Positions 49,834-59,359 are shown, numbered from the stretch's first letter. The stretch is 64,000 nucleotides of DNA from Alphaproteobacteria bacterium (GCA_965205265.1 CBDBGH010000003.1:2240001-2304000); one strand, 5' to 3'. Numbers and translations are program-made. The notes: generated by a model not told the origin, from the sequence alone.

Positions 49834-51384
49834 TCAGTCGGATACCGCGTCGGTTTCCCTGGCGGCGGCGCGCTCGCGTTTCTGGCGGAGGGGCACGCGG
49901 ACGCCGAAATGCCAGACGAAGAACAGCGTCAGCAGCAGGAAGGCGAGCGAAATCGGGTTCGTCAGCAGCACGGTCAAATCCGCCTTGTTGATGAGCACCG
50001 TCTGCCGGAGATAGATCTCGAAATTCTCGCCCAGCAGGAAGCCGATCACAAGGCAGACGATGGAGAAGCCCGCCTTGCGCATCAGGTAGCCGACGCCCGC
50101 GAACAGGAACAGCATGCCCACGTCGAACATGGAGTTGGTCGGGATATAGACCCCGACCACGCAGAGCAGCACCACCGTCGGCAGGACGATGTGCTTTGGG
50201 ATCCTGACGAACTGGACCCAGATGCGGATGCCCACCCGCCCGATGATGAGATGGGCGAGATTGGCCATCAGCATGGACGCGAAGATGGAATAGATGAGCT
50301 CGGCGTGGTTCACCATCATCAGCGGCCCCGGCACGACGCCGTGGATCATGAACGCGCCGATGAGCAGCGCCGCCGCCACATTGCCCGGAATGCCGAGCGC
50401 GATGGTGGGAATGAGGTTGGAGCCGACCACGGCGCTGTTCGCGGCCTCGGTCGCCTGGATGCCTTCGAGCTCGCCCTTGCCGAAATTGTCGCCGCGCGGG
50501 GAGGCGCGGCGGGCGGCGCCGTAGCCGAGGAAGGCGGCCAGCGTAACGCCGAGGCCCGGCAGGATGCCGACGCCCGTGCCGATGCAGGCGGAGCGGATCA
50601 GCGTTTTCCAATTGCCCCAGAATTCCCGGGGCGCGATGCGGTTCTCGGCCCGGAACTGGGTGGCCGGCGGCAGGGGCGGCGGGGGCGGCTTGCCCCTGTC
50701 GCGGCGCATATCGTAGAGCTGCGAGAGGACGGAGCTCAGCGCCAGCGTGCCGATGGCGAAGGGCAGCAGCGGAATGCCGTCATAGAGGTAGATGGTGCCG
50801 AAGGTCATGCGCTCCGTGCTGTCCACCGGGTCGAGGCCCCAGGTGCTGAGGAACAGCCCGAGCGCCGCCGCGATCAGCCCCTTTACCAGCGAGCGGCCGG
50901 CCAGCGCCGCGATCATGGTGAAGGAGAAGAGGATGATGGTGGTGAGCTCGTTCGGCCCGAATGTCAGCGCGATGGCCGCGAAGGGCGCGGCGAGCAGGAT
51001 GAGCACGATGTCGGAAAAGGTGTCGCCGAAGACGGAGGAGTAGAGCGCCGTCTTCATCGCCTTTTCCGGCCTGCCCTGCCTGGCGAGCGGATAGCCGTCG
51101 AGCGCGGTCGCCGCCGCTTCCGGCGTTCCGGGCGCATTGATGAGAATGGCCGGGATGGCGCCCCCCGAGGTGCCGCCCTTGTTGATGCCGACCAGGAAGG
51201 CGATGGCGGCGAGCGGCGTGAAGTAGAAGGTGATCGGGATCAGCATGGCGAGCGCGGTGACGCTGCCGAGCCCCGGCAGCACGCCGAAGATGATGCCGAG
51301 CACGATGCCGACGCAGATATAGGCGAGGTTGACGAGCGTGAAAGCGGCCTCGAAGCCGCCGAGCATGCTGTTGAGTATGTCCAT
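49834..51384 (-). CDS. tctA: Tripartite tricarboxylate transporter large permease
   Basis: GVLPGLG, AILINAPGTP, LDGYP, EAANSA, LGIPG. Confidence 0.93.
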   Translation of the reverse strand: MDILNSMLGGFEAAFTLVNLAYICVGIVLGIIFGVLPGLGSVTALAMLIPITFYFTPLAAIAFLVGINKGGTSGGAIPAILINAPGTPEAAATALDGYPLARQGRPEKAMKTALYSSVFGDTFSDIVLILLAAPFAAIALTFGPNELTTIILFSFTMIAALAGRSLVKGLIAAALGLFLSTWGLDPVDSTERMTFGTIYLYDGIPLLPFAIGTLALSSVLSQLYDMRRDRGKPPPPPLPPATQFRAENRIAPREFWGNWKTLIRSACIGTGVGILPGLGVTLAAFLGYGAARRASPRGDNFGKGELEGIQATEAANSAVVGSNLIPTIALGIPGNVAAALLIGAFMIHGVVPGPLMMVNHAELIYSIFASMLMANLAHLIIGRVGIRIWVQFVRIPKHIVLPTVVLLCVVGVYIPTNSMFDVGMLFLFAGVGYLMRKAGFSIVCLVIGFLLGENFEIYLRQTVLINKADLTVLLTNPISLAFLLLTLFFVWHFGVRVPLRQKRERAAARETDAVSD

Positions 51385-51408
51385 GCGACGCGCCCGTTCC
51401 CGCCGCGC

Positions 51409-51903
51409 TCAGCGCCAGAAGGCCGGGAGTTCGGTGTTGAAGAACTGGTAGGCCGCCTGCGAAAGCACGATGGGCGTGGCAAGCGAGACCAGCGCGATGG
51501 TCCAGGGGTTGCGCGCGCCGACGAACAGCATGGTCGCCACCATGAAGAGCGCCATGGCCGGCTCGAAGCCCACATGCTCGATCAGGAACCAGGAGGCGCA
51601 GGCGACGGCGAACCAGATGAACAGGTTCAGCAGCACATGACGGCTCGCGCCCGTCGCGTCTTCGCCGAATTCTTCGTCCAGGTGGTCCTCGCCGGCCTCG
51701 ACCTTCCTGCCGCCGAAAATGGCCTGCACCGCCATGACCGCCGCCAGGACCAGGCAGGCCCCGATGGCGATGGACGGCACCAGGGACGGCGCCAGGTCGA
51801 GTTCGCTGTCGGGCGGGTAGGTGTTGTCCGGAATGACCCAGAACAGGCACCAGACCGACGCCAGCACCAGCAGCACTCCCGCCCATATGTGGGTCGTTCT
51901 CAC
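51409..51903 (-). CDS. tctB: Tripartite tricarboxylate transporter small permease
   Basis: Four TM helices, GFEPA, C-terminal ELP; directly upstream of tctA. Confidence 0.82.
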   Translation of the reverse strand: MRTTHIWAGVLLVLASVWCLFWVIPDNTYPPDSELDLAPSLVPSIAIGACLVLAAVMAVQAIFGGRKVEAGEDHLDEEFGEDATGASRHVLLNLFIWFAVACASWFLIEHVGFEPAMALFMVATMLFVGARNPWTIALVSLATPIVLSQAAYQFFNTELPAFWR

Positions 51904-51982
51904 CGAAGCGGCCTCATGCGGCTGCGCTCCCCTCCGTTCGTGCCCGGAACGAGTCCATCGCCATCCGGTCGATGCTCCTTCT

Positions 51983-52073
51983 CGTCGCCCCGGCCCCCGA
52001 GCCGGGGCCTTGGGCGGCTTGCGGCGGTGTTGAAGGGCTGTGCGCCGGCGTCGCGAGGCCCCGGCTCGGGGTC
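51983..52073. repeat. REP-like inverted pair with the right arm split by IS4 (continues at 53513-53532)
   Basis: Arm CGTCGCCCCGGCCCCCGAGCCGGGGCCT; removing the IS restores its exact reverse complement. Confidence 0.8.
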
Positions 52074-53512
52074 CTACCGGATTCACACATTTCCGGCTCT
52101 TTCCAGAGCGAGGTTATAGCCGAGCTGTATGGCCCTGAACTCGTAGAGCCCTTTCAGCATGACCACGGGCCCGGGTTTGCCGTAGTAGCCGGTCCAGCCT
52201 CCCAGGCGTGCGCAGACCCAGGCGGCGAAGGCCAGCGAGCCCGGCGTATGTGGGTTCTTCTGCCTTTCGGTGCCACCCTCGAGCGTGGCCGAGACAGCTT
52301 CGAGGGCGGTCCTGTCGGCCTCGTCGAAGACGTCGCTGAGCGGGCGGGCGCCCTCGCCGTCCCTGTCCTGAACGAGTTGCAGGCAGGAGACGCCGGCGAC
52401 GAGCGTCATGGCGCACAGGACCCGGAACGGGGCGGTCTCCATGGAGACGGCCTCGATGTCGAAGCCCTTGGTCTTGACGGTGCGGAACAGCTGCTCGATC
52501 GTCCAGCGCCTGCGGTAGAGCCGGGTGATCCACCGGGCCTGGTCGTGCGTTTCGACCCGGTGGCTGGTCAGCAGCCGCCAGTGCGCAGGCGGCACCCCCG
52601 CAGGCGGGTCGCGTTCGCGCGCCTCGACGAGGAAGACGGGCTGGGACTCCGGCGTGCCGGGCTCTGCGGCCCGGTGCCTCGGACGCCGGAGCGTGACCGC
52701 GCCGAAGCGCACCGAGATGCGGGCCGTGCGCGCCTTCTGGCCGGGCCGCGCCGGCAGGTCCACCGCATGCTCCTCCTCCGGCCTGCCTTCCAGGCCGTCG
52801 AAGAGCTTGCCCCCGCCGTCGGCGAGGACGCGGTCCTGCGCGGCCCGGACCAGGACATCCATGCCCTCGGGCCGGCAGGCGAACATCTCGTAGATGTCGC
52901 CTTCCCGGTCCGCCACCGCCGTCACGCGCGCCGCCCCCGCTTCCAGCAGGCGCGCGCTCTCCTGCATGCCGTCGAGCCAGCGCCGGCTCTGCTTGTCGCA
53001 GGGCGGCGCCGGCTTCGACGCCTTCTGGCCGCCGGACCGCGCGATCACCTGCGTGGCAACCAGGCCGAGAAGGGCCCCTGCCTCGGCCTCCACCGCGATC
53101 GTGGCGTGGCCGACCACACCCGTGCCGCCGCCGCTGTTGCGGAAGTTCGTCGTGTCCTGGATCGCCAGCACATGCAGGCCAGCGACACGGCCCGCCGTGC
53201 CCCGCGCGGCCTGCGCCACCACCTTCTCCACCGTGACCCTCCCGTTTCGCAGGAACCGCCCGATGCGTACCTCGCCCGCGCGGGTCCCGCCCACGCTGCG
53301 AACGGAGATGCCCCGGGGACCGCGCCTGACAAGCCGGTCGTGCAGGAACCGGCCCGCCTCGTCAATCCGGCGGTCCCCGAAATGCGAAGCCTCATTGTCC
53401 ATGTCCGACCCTCCCGGTTCCCGTCAGCTCCGGAGAACCGGAGAATCACAGGACACCGACAAGGGAAACACCCCGTTCAACACTCTCCATGGCAGATGTG
53501 TGCATACGGTAG
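52074..53512 (-). mobile_element. IS4-family element (about 1439 bp)
   Basis: Imperfect 19-bp IRs CTACCGGATTCACACATTT / CTACCGTATGCACACATCT; 10-bp DR GCTCGGGG(T/G)C with one mismatch. Confidence 0.88.
52083..53402 (-). CDS. IS4-family (IS50-like) transposase
   Basis: FGDRR, IQDTT, VADREGD, YRRRWTIEQLFRTVK, ARLGGW. Confidence 0.92.
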   Translation of the reverse strand: MDNEASHFGDRRIDEAGRFLHDRLVRRGPRGISVRSVGGTRAGEVRIGRFLRNGRVTVEKVVAQAARGTAGRVAGLHVLAIQDTTNFRNSGGGTGVVGHATIAVEAEAGALLGLVATQVIARSGGQKASKPAPPCDKQSRRWLDGMQESARLLEAGAARVTAVADREGDIYEMFACRPEGMDVLVRAAQDRVLADGGGKLFDGLEGRPEEEHAVDLPARPGQKARTARISVRFGAVTLRRPRHRAAEPGTPESQPVFLVEARERDPPAGVPPAHWRLLTSHRVETHDQARWITRLYRRRWTIEQLFRTVKTKGFDIEAVSMETAPFRVLCAMTLVAGVSCLQLVQDRDGEGARPLSDVFDEADRTALEAVSATLEGGTERQKNPHTPGSLAFAAWVCARLGGWTGYYGKPGPVVMLKGLYEFRAIQLGYNLALERAGNV

Positions 53513-53540
53513 GCTCGGGGGCCGGGGCGACGGTTCTTGC

Positions 53541-53579
53541 AGAAAGAGGGCCGGAGCGCCCGGAGGCGCCCCGGCTCCC
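53541..53579 (-). terminator. Hairpin/terminator after tctC
   Basis: GAGCCGGGGCGCC-TCC-GGGCGCTCCGGCCCTC followed by TTTCT on the minus strand. Confidence 0.6.
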
Positions 53580-53590
53580 GGCCTTCCGGC

Positions 53591-54511
53591 CTACTGCGAC
53601 GTCGCCTTTACGACGTCCTCAAGGCTCTTCGTGACCTTCGCCGCGAAGTCGGAGATTTCGGACGACGGGATGTAGCGCTTCGGGAACTGGATGTTCGCCA
53701 GCACCTGCGTGAAGTCCGGATCGTCCATCGCCGCCTTGGCCGCCGCCTCCAGCTTCATGGCGATCTCGTCGGAAATCCCCGCCGGGGCCGCCAGCACGGA
53801 ATTGCCCGGCATGGCGATTCCGTAGAGGTCCTGGGTGGTGGGCGCGTCGGGGTCCTGCGCCAGGCCGCCCGCAAGGAACGACGCGAGCACGACCATCTTG
53901 TCGCCGTGCTTCTGGTGGATGCCGCCGCTGAAGGCGAAGTCGATCTTGCCGCCGAGCAGGAACGGCACCATCTCGCCGCCGCCGCGCGTCGGGATCGCCG
54001 TCCACTGAACGCCTTCCTTGGCCGCGATGTAGTTCAGGAACACTTTCGACATACCGCCCATGTCCGCGACATTGAGCGGATTGGTCTTCGTATATTCCAG
54101 CAGCTCCTTGAGCGTCTTGAACGGCTTGTCCGGCGTGGTGATGAGCGCCATCTGGTATTCGCTGATGCCGGCGATGAGGCGGATGTCGTCCACGCTGTAG
54201 GCGACATCCTTCTTGGTCATCGGGTTCCAGATCATGTTGCCGAGATCGGTATAGGCGATGGTGTGGCCGTCGGGCTTCGCCTTGGAAAGGAAGGTCACGC
54301 CCACGGCGCTGCCGGCCCCCGGACGGGTCTTGACCACGACCGTGCCGCCGAGCTCCTTGCCGAGCGCCTTGGAGAGCACCATGGACATGGTGTGCGTGGT
54401 GCCGCCGGCCTTGTAGGGCACGATCAGCGTGATCGGCTTGTCCGGATACGCGGCGGCCGTGCCGGCCGCGAACGACGCCGCCAGCGCGGCCAGTGCAACT
54501 CTCTTGAGCAT
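53591..54511 (-). CDS. tctC: Tripartite tricarboxylate transporter substrate-binding protein (Bug/TctC)
   Basis: Signal peptide, YPDKPITLIVPYKAGG, PGAG, PDGHT. Confidence 0.9.
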   Translation of the reverse strand: MLKRVALAALAASFAAGTAAAYPDKPITLIVPYKAGGTTHTMSMVLSKALGKELGGTVVVKTRPGAGSAVGVTFLSKAKPDGHTIAYTDLGNMIWNPMTKKDVAYSVDDIRLIAGISEYQMALITTPDKPFKTLKELLEYTKTNPLNVADMGGMSKVFLNYIAAKEGVQWTAIPTRGGGEMVPFLLGGKIDFAFSGGIHQKHGDKMVVLASFLAGGLAQDPDAPTTQDLYGIAMPGNSVLAAPAGISDEIAMKLEAAAKAAMDDPDFTQVLANIQFPKRYIPSSEISDFAAKVTKSLEDVVKATSQ

Positions 54512-54565
54512 GATGTCTCCCTTGCTTTTCAGGTTGCTCCCGTTACCGGCCGCCCTGCCCGCGTG

Positions 54566-55702
54566 TCAGGCATCGACGACCAGAATTTCCTCATTGTCGA
54601 AATAGTCGGAGCGCAGCACGGGACCGTTGTCGGTCACCTCGAGCAAATCCTCCATGTGGTAGCCGCACTTCCCGACCCAGCGCACGCGCGTCTCGATCGT
54701 GCTCATCATGCCCGGCTCAAAGGCCATGTCCTCATGCGGGCCGATGAGCGGGCGCTCATGCACCAGCAACCCGAGCCCGTGGCCGTTATGCGCGTAAGGG
54801 AAAGGAATGCCGTGGCGCTCATGCAGCGCGGTCGCCCGCTCGAACAACTGCCGCCCGGTGTTCCCCGGCCGGACCATGTCGATCAGTTCGTGGTGGATTT
54901 CGCGCAGCCGCGACCACCAGGACCGGTCCTCACCGTTGAGCGGCCCGAGCTTGGCCGTGCGCCCGACATTCGAGTAGTAGCGCCCGTAGCGCCCGCCTGC
55001 ATCCGCCTTCAGGATGTCGCCGCGCTTCACGCGGTAGTCGGACGGGTCCTTGTGCGGAAAGCCGGTGTTGGGCCCGCCATTGATATGCGTGAACGCCACC
55101 GACTCCGCGCCGTGGCGCAGGATGCCGTCGGCGAGGCGGAAGCACATGTCGCGCTCCGTGTCGCCCGGCCGCGTCGCGAGAAAGGCCTCTTTCAACGCCC
55201 GCTCGGTGCCCCGGAAGCCTTCGGCGAGGCGGTCGCGCTCGCGCGGCGTCTTGATGACGCGCGCGCGGTCGAAGACGGGCTCCGCCCTTCCGAACCGCGC
55301 ATTCGGCAGCAGCGCGCGCAGGCGTTCGTAGTAGATCGCCGGCAGGTAATCGAGCTCCAGCCCGACAAGCCCGCGCGACGCCCCCAGTTCGTCGACGACC
55401 TCCGCCAGCATGTCCACGGGCGAGGTGACGAACTCCTTGTAGGCGCGGATGTCAGTGATCCAGCCTTCCTCCCGCGCGAAGCCCTCCTCAACCCGGCAGA
55501 GGATGAAGACCGGCTCGCGCACCCCGTCCCAGACGACCAGCGCCAGCCGGTCGCGGATATCGACCTGCGTCGAGATGAACACGTCGCTGGTGTAGAGGAC
55601 GTTCTCGGGCGATGCGGCGACGACGAGGTCGAACTCGCTCGCCTGGATAAGCCGCTTCAGCCTGGGCAGGTCGCCGAGCGCATCCTCGAAGCGTTTCGCC
55701 AC
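54566..55702 (-). CDS. M24 (Xaa-Pro peptidase/creatinase-like) family protein
   Basis: ARVIKTPRE, KADAG, GHGLGLLVHE, STIE, HMED. Confidence 0.88.
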   Translation of the reverse strand: MAKRFEDALGDLPRLKRLIQASEFDLVVAASPENVLYTSDVFISTQVDIRDRLALVVWDGVREPVFILCRVEEGFAREEGWITDIRAYKEFVTSPVDMLAEVVDELGASRGLVGLELDYLPAIYYERLRALLPNARFGRAEPVFDRARVIKTPRERDRLAEGFRGTERALKEAFLATRPGDTERDMCFRLADGILRHGAESVAFTHINGGPNTGFPHKDPSDYRVKRGDILKADAGGRYGRYYSNVGRTAKLGPLNGEDRSWWSRLREIHHELIDMVRPGNTGRQLFERATALHERHGIPFPYAHNGHGLGLLVHERPLIGPHEDMAFEPGMMSTIETRVRWVGKCGYHMEDLLEVTDNGPVLRSDYFDNEEILVVDA

Positions 55703-55760
55703 CGCCCCCCTCCGGAAGGTCGAACCGAGCACGGACCTTAGCCCGGATGCCCCGCCGATG

Positions 55761-56162
55761 TCACGCCTGCGTCGGGACCATGAAAGTGCATTTCGGGCCG
55801 GGCGCGCGAGCGAGCTTCCCGTCCAGCGTCACGAGCGGGTAGTCCAGCGCTTCGGCCAGCGCCACATACCAGGCGTCGTAGCTCGTCAGATTGCTGCGGA
55901 GTTCCCAGACCCGGCGGGCGAACGGAGCGAAGGGAAACAGTTCGATGGCCATTCCAAGCAGGTCGGCCTGCGCGCCGTTCGCCTCGATCCGGGATACGAT
56001 GTTCGCCCGCTCCATGCGGCGCAGGATATTGGTGGCTTCCGCCAGCACCAGTTCCGGCGCGGCCAGCGCATTCGCAGCCACAACCGATTCCGCCCATTCG
56101 CCGTGGGGCCCGGAGTCGACCAGCGCCGCGACCACCGCCGACGCATCGACGACAGCGTTCAC
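55761..56162 (-). CDS. PIN-domain (VapC) toxin
   Basis: VVDASA, NLTSYDAWYVALAE, VTLD. Confidence 0.92.
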   Translation of the reverse strand: MNAVVDASAVVAALVDSGPHGEWAESVVAANALAAPELVLAEATNILRRMERANIVSRIEANGAQADLLGMAIELFPFAPFARRVWELRSNLTSYDAWYVALAEALDYPLVTLDGKLARAPGPKCTFMVPTQA

Positions 56163-56395
56163 TTACGGTCCGCGTCCCGGGCCCGCAGAATGTCCGAAGG
56201 CCGCACGCGGCTGCCGGCAGCATCCTTGCGCCGCCGCACGCCCCGGAGCCAGCTCTCGACGGACGGCCGGGACGCTATGCGCTCCAGTTCGCAGCGCAGG
56301 AATTCCTGCATGGACTGCCGACGCTCCGCCGCCCGCAGCGCGAGCTCGTCGCGAACCTCCTCGGCAACGCCCCTTATCGTGATCTGCACCGCCAT
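56159..56395 (-). CDS. FitA-like RHH antitoxin
   Basis: QITIRGVAEEVRDELALRAAERRQSMQEFL. Confidence 0.88.
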   Translation of the reverse strand: MAVQITIRGVAEEVRDELALRAAERRQSMQEFLRCELERIASRPSVESWLRGVRRRKDAAGSRVRPSDILRARDADRK

Positions 56396-56459
56396 GACCG
56401 CATTTTGCCATTGCAGACAGCATATTGCAAGCACGCGGCTCCGTGCGAGATTGCCGGAT

Positions 56460-56885
56460 TCACGCACCTCTCTGCGGCCGGGACTTCCGGAGCAGGTTTG
56501 CGGCGGCGAGGCGTTTGCTGCGCTCCAGGCCGTGGCGCTTCAGGAAGCGTTGCACGGTCGCGAAGCTGAAGGCGAAGCCCTCCGCGGCGAGCGCCTTGCG
56601 CAGCCCGTGGATGGACAGCGCCGGCCGCGCCTCCAGAATGCGGAAAATCCGCTCCCGCTCCGGCTCGATCCGCGAGGTCCCGCCGCCACCCTGCCTGTCG
56701 GGCCGGACATGGCCGCGCTCGCGAAACCGCCGCACCCAGAGCCAGACGCTGCTCTCGCTCACCTCGTAGAGCTGCGCCGCCGCCCGCATGCTCATCCCCC
56801 TCTCCAGCACCGCCGCGACCGCGCGCCGCCTGAGATGCTCGCCGATCGCATGGCCCCGCCTGCTCACCACCGTCATGTCGCTCAT
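56460..56885 (-). CDS. IS630-transposase-derived HTH protein lacking a DDE domain
   Basis: LRRRAVAAV...SMRAAAQLYEVSESSVWLWVRRFRERG, SFATVQRFLKRHGL; RBS GGGAG. Confidence 0.7.
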   Translation of the reverse strand: MSDMTVVSRRGHAIGEHLRRRAVAAVLERGMSMRAAAQLYEVSESSVWLWVRRFRERGHVRPDRQGGGGTSRIEPERERIFRILEARPALSIHGLRKALAAEGFAFSFATVQRFLKRHGLERSKRLAAANLLRKSRPQRGA

Positions 56886-57103
56886 GTCTCCCTTCCCGGA
56901 TGCGGCCTGTCCGGCCGCGATGAAGATTGCGCCCGCCCGGCCCCGGCGGTACTCGAACCCGGATGAATAGCCGCGATCCGGTGCGCGCACCTCGCCTGTT
57001 GTGCAGCCGCTGCGCCGCCGCGCGGCCTGCCGGTTCGCGTGTCGAAGGAGCGGCATCGCCGCTTTTGCTGTCAGGTCATGGTCTCCCTCGCTCGCCCTGT
57101 TGA

Positions 57104-57118
57104 GAACTAATATAGAAC
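57104..57118. promoter_or_regulatory. Alphaproteobacterial LexA (SOS) box
   Basis: GAAC-TAATATA-GAAC (GTTC-N7-GTTC on the minus strand) in an AT-rich patch. Confidence 0.65.
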
Positions 57119-57277
57119 ATTATCGGCAGAACACAACCTTGTATAGGAAAAAATATCGAGAACGGCGGCGGCGCGCGGCCCGTGACCTCGGCGGAGAATG
57201 TGGGCTAGTATGCCGGAACCGAAGTGCGTATCGCATTGTCCGGAGCGTCCGGCCGCTCCCGCGTCATGCCCTCATAT

Positions 57278-57363
57278 CGTCATGCCCGGACTTGTTCCGG
57301 GCATCTCCCTCGGGGTTATCGCGGCGGCCGAAACGGATGCCCGGAACAAGTCCGGGCATGACG
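57278..57363. repeat. REP-like inverted pair
   Basis: Perfect 28-bp IR CGTCATGCCCGGACTTGTTCCGGGCATC at 57278-57305 and 57336-57363. Confidence 0.85.
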
Positions 57364-57423
57364 GGACGGGAGCGCCGGGCGGACCGGGCGGCCGGGGGGA
57401 AATTGCATGAGCGGGGTCGGAGC

Positions 57424-57476
57424 GTGAATAGGCCTGGGGCCGGGTCCTGGATCGTCGGGGTGGATGTGGGCGGCAC
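57424..57476 (+). pseudogene. 5' stub of an ASKHA-fold gene (hydantoinase/oxoprolinase or ROK), candidate island junction
   Basis: GGAG RBS and GTG start; encodes WIVGVDVGGT, then switches abruptly to A-rich sequence. Confidence 0.55.
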
Positions 57477-57701
57477 ACATATAAAAGCAAAAAGGGCCAC
57501 TCGGTACCGGTTAGTGCCACAGGGTGCCTAACCGGACCATAACGCTATATATTTTCTAGGATTTTTGCCTCCCCACGGGCTTGACCTAGTGTCAGTCGGG
57601 ACCTATCCTGGGTCACCGAGTTACTCCCGGTTGCTTGCGCTACGCTTACGCTTATGGCACGCAGAATCGGTCGGGCTCGCCAAATCCGCCGGAGGCATCG
57701 C

Positions 57702-58892
57702 ATGGCCAAGCTTCAATACCGCAACATCTCCAAGCGCACCGTCGACGGGCTCACCGTCGAGGACAAGGACGCCGTGTTCTGGGACCGCGAGCTGCCGGGC
57801 TTCGGGGTCAGGGTCTATCCCTCCGGCTCGAAGGTCTTCGTTGTTCAGACCCGGACTGGAGGCAAATCCAAACGGATCACGCTCGGACGCTACGGCGTGC
57901 TCACTGCCGACCAGGCCCGCAAGATGGCGATCAAGAGCCTGATGGCGCTCAAGAGCGGCCAGGACCCGCAGGCCAGGCCCGCGAGCACGGTCACTGTGAA
58001 CGAACTCGTGGCGCTCTACTTCCGGGACCATGTCGCACATCACTGCAAGGCGAGCACGGCGAAGGCCTACCGGCGCCTCGTCGACCGCTTCATCCTGCCG
58101 GCCTACGGCCGCCTGCCCGTGGAGAAGGTTGACCGCGAACACATCGCCAAGCTCCACCGTAAACTCGGCGACCGGCCCTGCCAGGCCAACCGGGTGCTGG
58201 AGATCGCCGTCAAGCTGTTCAACCTTGCCGACGAATGGAAGCTGCGCACCGGCGGCAATCCGTGCCGGTTCGTTCGCAAATACCCGGAACAGCGGCGGGA
58301 GCGGTTCCTGACCGACGCGGAGTTCCGCCGGCTGGGCGACGTGCTGAACGAAATGGAGGCTGACGGCTCCCTGCCGACATATCCGGCAGCGGCGATCCGC
58401 CTGCTGATGCTGACCGGGTGCCGGCGCAACGAGATCGTGACGCTGGAATGGAAGAACGTGGATCTCGAAGCCGGCGAGCTCCGCTTGCCCGATTCGAAAA
58501 CGGGGCCGCGCATGGTGCCCCTGTCGCCGGTGGCGGCGCAGCTGCTGAGAGAACTGCCGCGCGTCCAAGACAATCCCCATGTGATCCCGGGTTTCCGGCC
58601 CGGCAAGCACCTTGCCGACCTCAACCACTATTGGGACCGGGTGCGCGAGAAGGCCGATCTGGCGGAAGTCCGGCTGCATGACATCCGACACAGCTTTGCG
58701 TCACGGGCGCTCGCGCTCGGGGAGTCGCTGTCGATGATCGGCAAGCTACTCGGCCACAGCAAGATCGACACCACCTCGCGCTACGCGCATCTGGCCCGGG
58801 ATTCGATCAAGGCCTCGTCCGCGCGAGTCGCCGACAGCATCGGAGCCGACATCCTCGACCGGCCATGCCCGCGCGAGACCGCCTCCGCCTGA
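57702..58892 (+). CDS. Tyrosine integrase with N-terminal arm-binding domain
   Basis: WDRELPGFGVRV, LTGCRRNE, SKTG, HDIRHS, LLGH, TSRY catalytic set. Confidence 0.95.
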   Translation: MAKLQYRNISKRTVDGLTVEDKDAVFWDRELPGFGVRVYPSGSKVFVVQTRTGGKSKRITLGRYGVLTADQARKMAIKSLMALKSGQDPQARPASTVTVNELVALYFRDHVAHHCKASTAKAYRRLVDRFILPAYGRLPVEKVDREHIAKLHRKLGDRPCQANRVLEIAVKLFNLADEWKLRTGGNPCRFVRKYPEQRRERFLTDAEFRRLGDVLNEMEADGSLPTYPAAAIRLLMLTGCRRNEIVTLEWKNVDLEAGELRLPDSKTGPRMVPLSPVAAQLLRELPRVQDNPHVIPGFRPGKHLADLNHYWDRVREKADLAEVRLHDIRHSFASRALALGESLSMIGKLLGHSKIDTTSRYAHLARDSIKASSARVADSIGADILDRPCPRETASA

Positions 58893-58968
58893 GCGGTCGC
58901 GCCGCCGGCGCCGATTTCCCTGGACGGCCAAACGTTGGGCCGTCCATCCGGCATCGGGGGACCCTGGC

Positions 58969-59152
58969 CATCCACGCCATTCTTCCCTCCTTCGCCTCGC
59001 GGGCGCTCGCGCTCGGAGAGGGCTGCCGGTCACCCGCCGGCTGCTCGGTCGTCACCGCGGAGTCGAGACGACCGCGCCATATGAATCTCGCGCGCGACTC
59101 GGTGCGGAAATGCGCAAACAAGATGGCGGTCAGCATCGCAGCCGACATTCTG
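58969..59152 (+). pseudogene. Degenerate 3' end of a paralogous integrase
   Basis: IHAILPSFASRALALGE...LARDSVRKCANKMAVSIAADIL versus LHDIRHSFASRALALGE...LARDSIKASSARVADSIGADIL. Confidence 0.8.
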
Positions 59153-59359
59153 TTGGTTCCGCAGTTCAGGTCATGCCTCGTTCAGAGCCGCGGCAAGTTG
59201 GAAAGTGATATCTCCGGAAGCTCGTCCTCGGAAGTGAAACGTTTCTCCGCCATGCGACGGATCATTCTCTTCACCGCCCGTTCGAGAAATTGACGCTCAT
59301 CGCTGCTCAATTCATTGCTTACGCCCTCTGCCTTCCGCGCATCCACGCCACCCGTCCGC

